Of a DNA stretch of 64,000 nt, positions 58,693 through 64,000 are shown in pieces. The stretch lies in contig OZ024742.1 in assembly GCA_964016885.1 (NCBI GenBank), positions 51,336,001-51,400,000 of the forward strand, given 5' to 3'. This DNA is from Eledone cirrhosa (lineage: Eukaryota). The notes beneath the pieces were generated by a model. That model saw nothing but the letters and a program-made list of their open reading frames with translations. It made no database searches and was not told the DNA's origin. Positions within the stretch are counted from its first letter, which is position 1. Each line of letters opens with the position of its first letter. The translations under genes and the position numbers were made by a program.

Positions 58693-59671
58693 TATATTTA
58701 GAGTTATAAACTCAAACAGTCTTTTACAATTAATTAGCTCAAAGAAAGAAGCATTTCTGAGCCGTGAAATACAAGTTAATATAAATTAATATATAATAAA
58801 CACTAATATAAACATATAAGTGTTTGTATTGCAAATGACCAAGTTAGCTAGATTGAAAAATACTAATTAGATTAATACAGTTTGCCTGTCTCGATTTAAA
58901 ATAATAAATCAATAAAAACAAACCCATATTGGCAATAGCCGTGATACCTGGACAAATTTAAATTTCAAAATCCAAACCTGTTCCGTAGACAAATTTAAAT
59001 TTCAAAACCCAAATAAGTTTCGCAACGATAATTTAAAAAAGTGAAAAATTCCAATTTCTGTGCTCATCGGCAGGTATCCAGAAAATTGGTATGTTTCACC
59101 TCGAAATACTTAGCAGGACTGGTAGTCAAGTGTTAACGCACATGGTTATCCAGCTCCTAGCTATCCCCATACTCGTGCTGCTAGAAATAACACCCGTTTA
59201 TATGGGACTAAAATTTAACTCAACAAAAGGAGCCGTTAATACTATAAACGGCTGTTATTTCTAGCAGCATGAGTATGGGGATAGTTAGGAGCTGGAAAAC
59301 CATGTGCGTTAACACTTGACTACCAGTCCTGCTAAGTATTTCGAGGTGAAACATACCAATTTTCTGGATACCTGCCGATGAGCACAGAAATTGGAATTTT
59401 TCACTTTTTTAAATTATCGTTGCGAAACTTATTTGGGTTTTGAAATTTAAATTTGTCTACGGAACAGGTTTGGATTTTGAAATTTAAATGTGTCCAGGTA
59501 TCACGGCTATTGCCAATATGGGTTTGTTTTTATTGATTTATTATTTTAAATCGAGACAGGCAAACTGTATTAATCTAATTAGTATTTTTCAATCTAGCTA
59601 ACTTGGTCATTTACAATACAAACACTTATATGTTTATATTAGTGTTTATTATATATTAATTTATATTAACT

Positions 59672-59676
<5 letters not shown>
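58690..59676. mobile_element. Near-perfect ~430-bp-arm palindrome between two (TA)n tracts, each arm carrying an HHR
   Basis: 58769-59202 pairs with 59243-59676; 40-bp spacer. Confidence 0.92.
59367..59502 (+). ncRNA. Type I hammerhead with long G-U-rich stem III (mirror copy 58943-59078, minus strand)
   Basis: gatacctg CCGATGA gca...tgc GAAA c...g TC caggtatc; 8-bp stem I; ~30-bp stem III. Confidence 0.72.
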
Positions 59677-59753
<77 letters not shown>

Positions 59754-60089
59754 TATATATATATATTTATATATATTGGGAAATGTGTGAGATCCTTGGT
59801 ACAGTTAGGTATATTTGAAAAAAAGGAAAAGAATGACTTCACTTGTAGTGTTAAAAAACTTTTGATTTAATTTTATATTATAATATTATGAGTTGGTATA
59901 TCCAGTAAGTTCTTTGTTAACTTAGGTGGGAAGAATTTTAAAGATTCCTGGTTAACTTGGGTTGGAGAACTTTCTCGCATTCGTCTGTCTGTGGCGATAG
60001 TCAAACTGAGATCAGGTTATGTTGAAATGTGTGACTATATATAAGAGAGATTGGGATGTGTCCGGTGTGTGGCGTGTCGTGTTAATGAG

Positions 60090-62330
60090 TAAGAAACAAA
60101 AAGAACTTCAGGCCTCCGTTAAATAGAGACAAACACCTGGAGGATTACATAACCTATGTCCGACGGTCAGCACAGTCAAATACTGACGAAACACAAGCAC
60201 AACATCCCTACAGACCAACTGCAAGCACTAAACAAACTACAACAAAACTTTTCAATAATCATAAAAGAAGTGGACAAAGGTGGAGCAATCATCATCTTTG
60301 ACAAAAACCACTACAAGGATATGGTTCTAGAACAGCTGAATAACGAGGACCTTTACAGAAAAATCAGCAAAAACGAAGAAAGAAAATCGATTATTAAAGT
60401 AGGCAAACTGACGACAAAGTACCATAGCAACCTCATACTAACGGAAATCAATTACTTAACCAACTTCGAAATGAAAACCAGCAATTTCTATGTTTTACCG
60501 AAGGTTCACAAATACAGAGAAATTCAAAACAGCATAAAATGCAAAAATAGATCGTATGTTGAAGTACCAAAACCGACAGATTTAAAATTACGCCCAATTG
60601 TTGCCGGTCCAGCCTCAAGCACACAACGTCTAAGCAACCCATTAGACATCATACTTAAACGCTTATGAAAAAAAGTGTCAAGCTTCATCGGAGATGATAT
60701 GGAATTCCTGAACTATATCCCCCAGAAAGTACACCAAGAAACAATCTTATTCAGATTTGACGTAACACGCTTATATACTAACATCCCACACGGCCTAGGA
60801 GTTGAAGCTATTGACTTCTGGATTACAAAATATACAGACTACATTTCAGAGAGATTCCCACAAACATTTATTTTGGAAGGACTCAAACTAGTACTGGAGA
60901 ACAACCACTTCCTTTTTGATAAGGAACTATATTTACAAATAAAAGGAACGGCCATGGGTACCAAAGTGGCCCCAACATATGCAACACTTGTAGGCCACCT
61001 GGAGGAAAAATTACATTCCAAACTGCAGGAAACATTCAGTCATAACTTCGCCACCTACATTAATCACAACTAGAAACGCTACCTAGACGACTGCTTCATT
61101 TTCTGGAATAGAAGCCAAGAAGACCTTCAAAGATTCCATTCCATCATAAACAATCTTTACGAAGAAATAAAATTCACCTTGGCATGTAATAAAAAGGAAC
61201 TACCGTTTCTGGATATCCTTGTCATTAAAGAAGGGGAAAATATCAAAACAGACTTATTTTACAAACCAACAGACACACACCAATACTTGAATTTCCGTTC
61301 AGCACACCCATCACATATCAAAAGGAACATTCCTTTTAACAAGGCAAGACGCATCTGCATCATAGTAACAAAACCCACACTACAGGACAAAAAGATTAAA
61401 TGAATTACAAGAGTTTCTTAAGAGACAAGAAAAATCCGGTGAACCTCATCAACACAGCCATCTCCAAAGCCCAGAACATCCCAGTGACAACACTGAGAAA
61501 AACAAAGCAACAAAATAGAATGGAAAACACAGTTTATCCCTTTTGTCATCACTCACAATCCACGGAACTTCAACATTGTAAAAGCCGCCAAACAATATCT
61601 CCCCATTTTTCAGCAGTCCCCTAGAATAAATGCACTCATAAAAGACGCACAAATTAGATATAGTAGACGCCAAGAACCCATCCCAAAGTAACTGCTTACC
61701 AAAGCAAAATGTATGTCTAATAATGAAGCAATGCAAGTTAAGAAATGCAGGGGCCCTCGAATACGGAACTTGCGAACTCATTGAAGAGGGTGGACAAATC
61801 TCCTTCAAAAACAACCAGATTGTCACGGTTAATGCAAACATGAATTGCAAAACAAAAAACTTGATTTACTGTGCAGCCTGACCACAATGTAAGGAATACT
61901 ACAGGGGTGAAACCCGAATTGGTCTACATGACAGAGTTCGAGTACATAAACAACAAATTAGAGACCCCTCTGTCAGAAACACCACATGCAATGAACACTT
62001 CGCAACGTGCGAAAAGGGAAATTTCGCAATTTCCCCCTTCTTTAAGATAAGGACGGACAACGAAAACTTCCGAAAATATACAGAAGAATTCTTTATTAGA
62101 AAATACAAATCACTACTGAACACAAAAAAGTGATATTCTATCTTCAAGCAACGGGATTCTTCCCCTCTCTTTTCTTTAAAAAATTCTCATATTGAAAAAG
62201 AAAAATAGCTGATGACACCCGTACTTTCAAACATTCGATCGCTGAAGAGAAGAAAAACCCTCAGAGGTACAATAACATTTCATTAATTTCCACTTCCCCA
62301 CACCAATGTATATATGAACTTAAACACTTG
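60090..62330 (+). pseudogene. Penelope-like element, near-complete RT + GIY-YIG with stops and frameshifts, flanked by (TA)n
   Basis: IKEVDKGG, FYVLPKVHK, LRPIVAG, FDVTRLYTNIPH, GTAMGTKVAPTYA, RYLDD, LPFLDI, YKPTDTHQYL, NLIYC..Y.GET...RV..H. Confidence 0.9.
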
Positions 62331-62331
62331 A

Positions 62332-62371
<40 letters not shown>

Positions 62372-62373
<2 letters not shown>

Positions 62374-62980
62374 TGGCTGCCAACTCGTTTTCGAGTACGG
62401 CCACTACTTTATATCCATGTAGGAGAACCCCTACCGATGCGCTGAACGAATGTGACTTTAGTCCAGCCAGCGACTTGAAAACTCTGGTACAAAGACTACA
62501 CTTGTGACCATTATTGACACATAGTGCAGGGCCCATGGTACCATGTGATGACAAGTGCAGAGAGATCTCCAGATATAAAGCAATGCCTGTGCTGTGAAGC
62601 TTTTATAGTGAGCAAAGGCACTGCACAAAGCCAGTCCCACTCTCTTAACCAAGATGATATTTACCAAAAAGAAGAACAAGTCAACATCATTGGATACCAT
62701 CAGAGTTGCAGGTGTTATATCAGAGTTTTCCTTCTCCTAGAATTCTGCCTTGACAAAGGCTAAGGGGTCATCTCTCCCGGTGATTTTGGATGGCTATTGA
62801 CTCTTAAGAGCTCCCTTGCCCTTTGACAGGTTTTGTTTTTAGTCCTGCAGGATGTCCAAAGTCACCCTCCTCACCAAGAAACCTTGGTGGGGTTGCCAGT
62901 TTAGTCGCCAACGACCCGACCATGAGACAGGTTGTACTGGGATACATGTTACCAGTAGCACCAACTGGTGACCTGACATA
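62372..62980 (-). mobile_element. Internally deleted RTE-like element (5' UTR-like part plus C-terminal C2H2 finger)
   Basis: HKCSLCTRVFKSLAGLKSH near 62450-62510; inserted between TA tracts; RTE assignment is an inference. Confidence 0.5.
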
Positions 62981-63000
62981 AATATATATATATATATATA

Positions 63001-64000
63001 TATGAATATAGACATAGAATATTCGAAAATATTCTGTATGTTTATAATAAACATTTTGAAGACCTAATCGCTATAGAATAGAATACGTCACGTATTACAA
63101 TTAGATTCTCGATAAAAGCAAGGGAAGTAATCTACGCGTTTCATTCTCGTTAGAAATCATCAGGACTACATATCCAGTGCTTTTATCGAGAATGACACAG
63201 CTAGAGACTTATAGAATACTTAGCTGTGTACAGGAACTGGTTTGAAAGAGCGGTTGCCGGTCCGGCAGAAATTAGAAATTGGAATAAATGCTCTGAAATA
63301 GCGATATATATGTGAATATAGACATAGAATATTCGAAAATATTCTGTATGTTTATAATAAACATTTTGAAGACCTAATCGCTATAGAATAGAATACGTCA
63401 CGTATTACAATTAGATTCTCGATAAAAGCAAGGGAAGTAATCTACGCGTTTCATTCTCGTTAGAAATCATCAGGACTACATATCCAGTGCTTTTATCGAG
63501 AATGACACAGCTAGAGACTTATAGAATACTTAGCTGTGTACAGGAACTGGTTTGAAAGAGCGGTTGCCGGTCCGGCAGAAATTAGAAATTGGAATAAATG
63601 CTCTGAAATAGCGATATATATGTGAATATAGACATAGAATATTCGAAAATATTCTGTATGTTTATAATAAACATTTTGAAGACCTAATCGCTATAGAATA
63701 GAATACGTCACGTATTACAATTAGATTCTCGATAAAAGCAAGGGAAGTAATCTACGCGTTTCATTCTCGTTAGAAATCATCAGGACTACATATCCAGTGC
63801 TTTTATCGAGAATGACACAGCTAGAGACTTATAGAATACTTAGCTGTGTACAGGAACTGGTTTGAAAGAGCGGTTGCCGGTCCGGCAGAAATTAGAAATT
63901 GGAATAAATGCTCTGAAATAGCGATATATATGTGAATATAGACATAGAATATTCGAAAATATTCTGTATGTTTATAATAAACATTTTGAAGACCTAATCG
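63001..64000 (-). repeat. 310-bp HHR tandem array (more than 3 copies, runs off the window end)
   Basis: Unit restarts at 63001, 63311, 63621 and 63931; HHRs at 63127-63169, 63437-63479 and 63747-63789. Confidence 0.93.

Noticed and set aside
62205-62245. HHR at the 3' end of the 60-62 kb Penelope element (ctgatga..caaa)
   Set aside because: The position is as expected, but GAAA and stem II are not intact.

Overview
AT-rich eukaryotic repeat-dominated DNA, probably from an invertebrate; a cephalopod such as octopus is an inference from the Nin-domain tRNA-SINEs and very long (TA)n tracts. I see no supportable host gene. Most of the ORF track is artefactual translation of microsatellites. The real content is decayed non-LTR retroelements: R4/Dong-type RLE LINEs, one L1/Tx1-type LINE, RTE fragments, tRNA-derived SINEs and at least five Penelope-like (RT + GIY-YIG) elements. 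The most striking signal is non-coding. Reading by eye gives about 11 different sequence families of type I hammerhead ribozyme (HHR) motifs. Most sit in elements flanked by (TA)n tracts with an inverted (fold-back) segment. Two families form near-identical tandem arrays with one HHR per monomer: a 591-bp unit at 38440-46242 (13 HHRs, non-canonical U3-A8 core) and a 310-bp unit at 8971-9527 and 63001-64000. These look like non-autonomous retrozyme-type elements, probably mobilised by Penelope RT/GIY-YIG into TA microsatellites. The folds were done by eye and ribozyme activity is untested.
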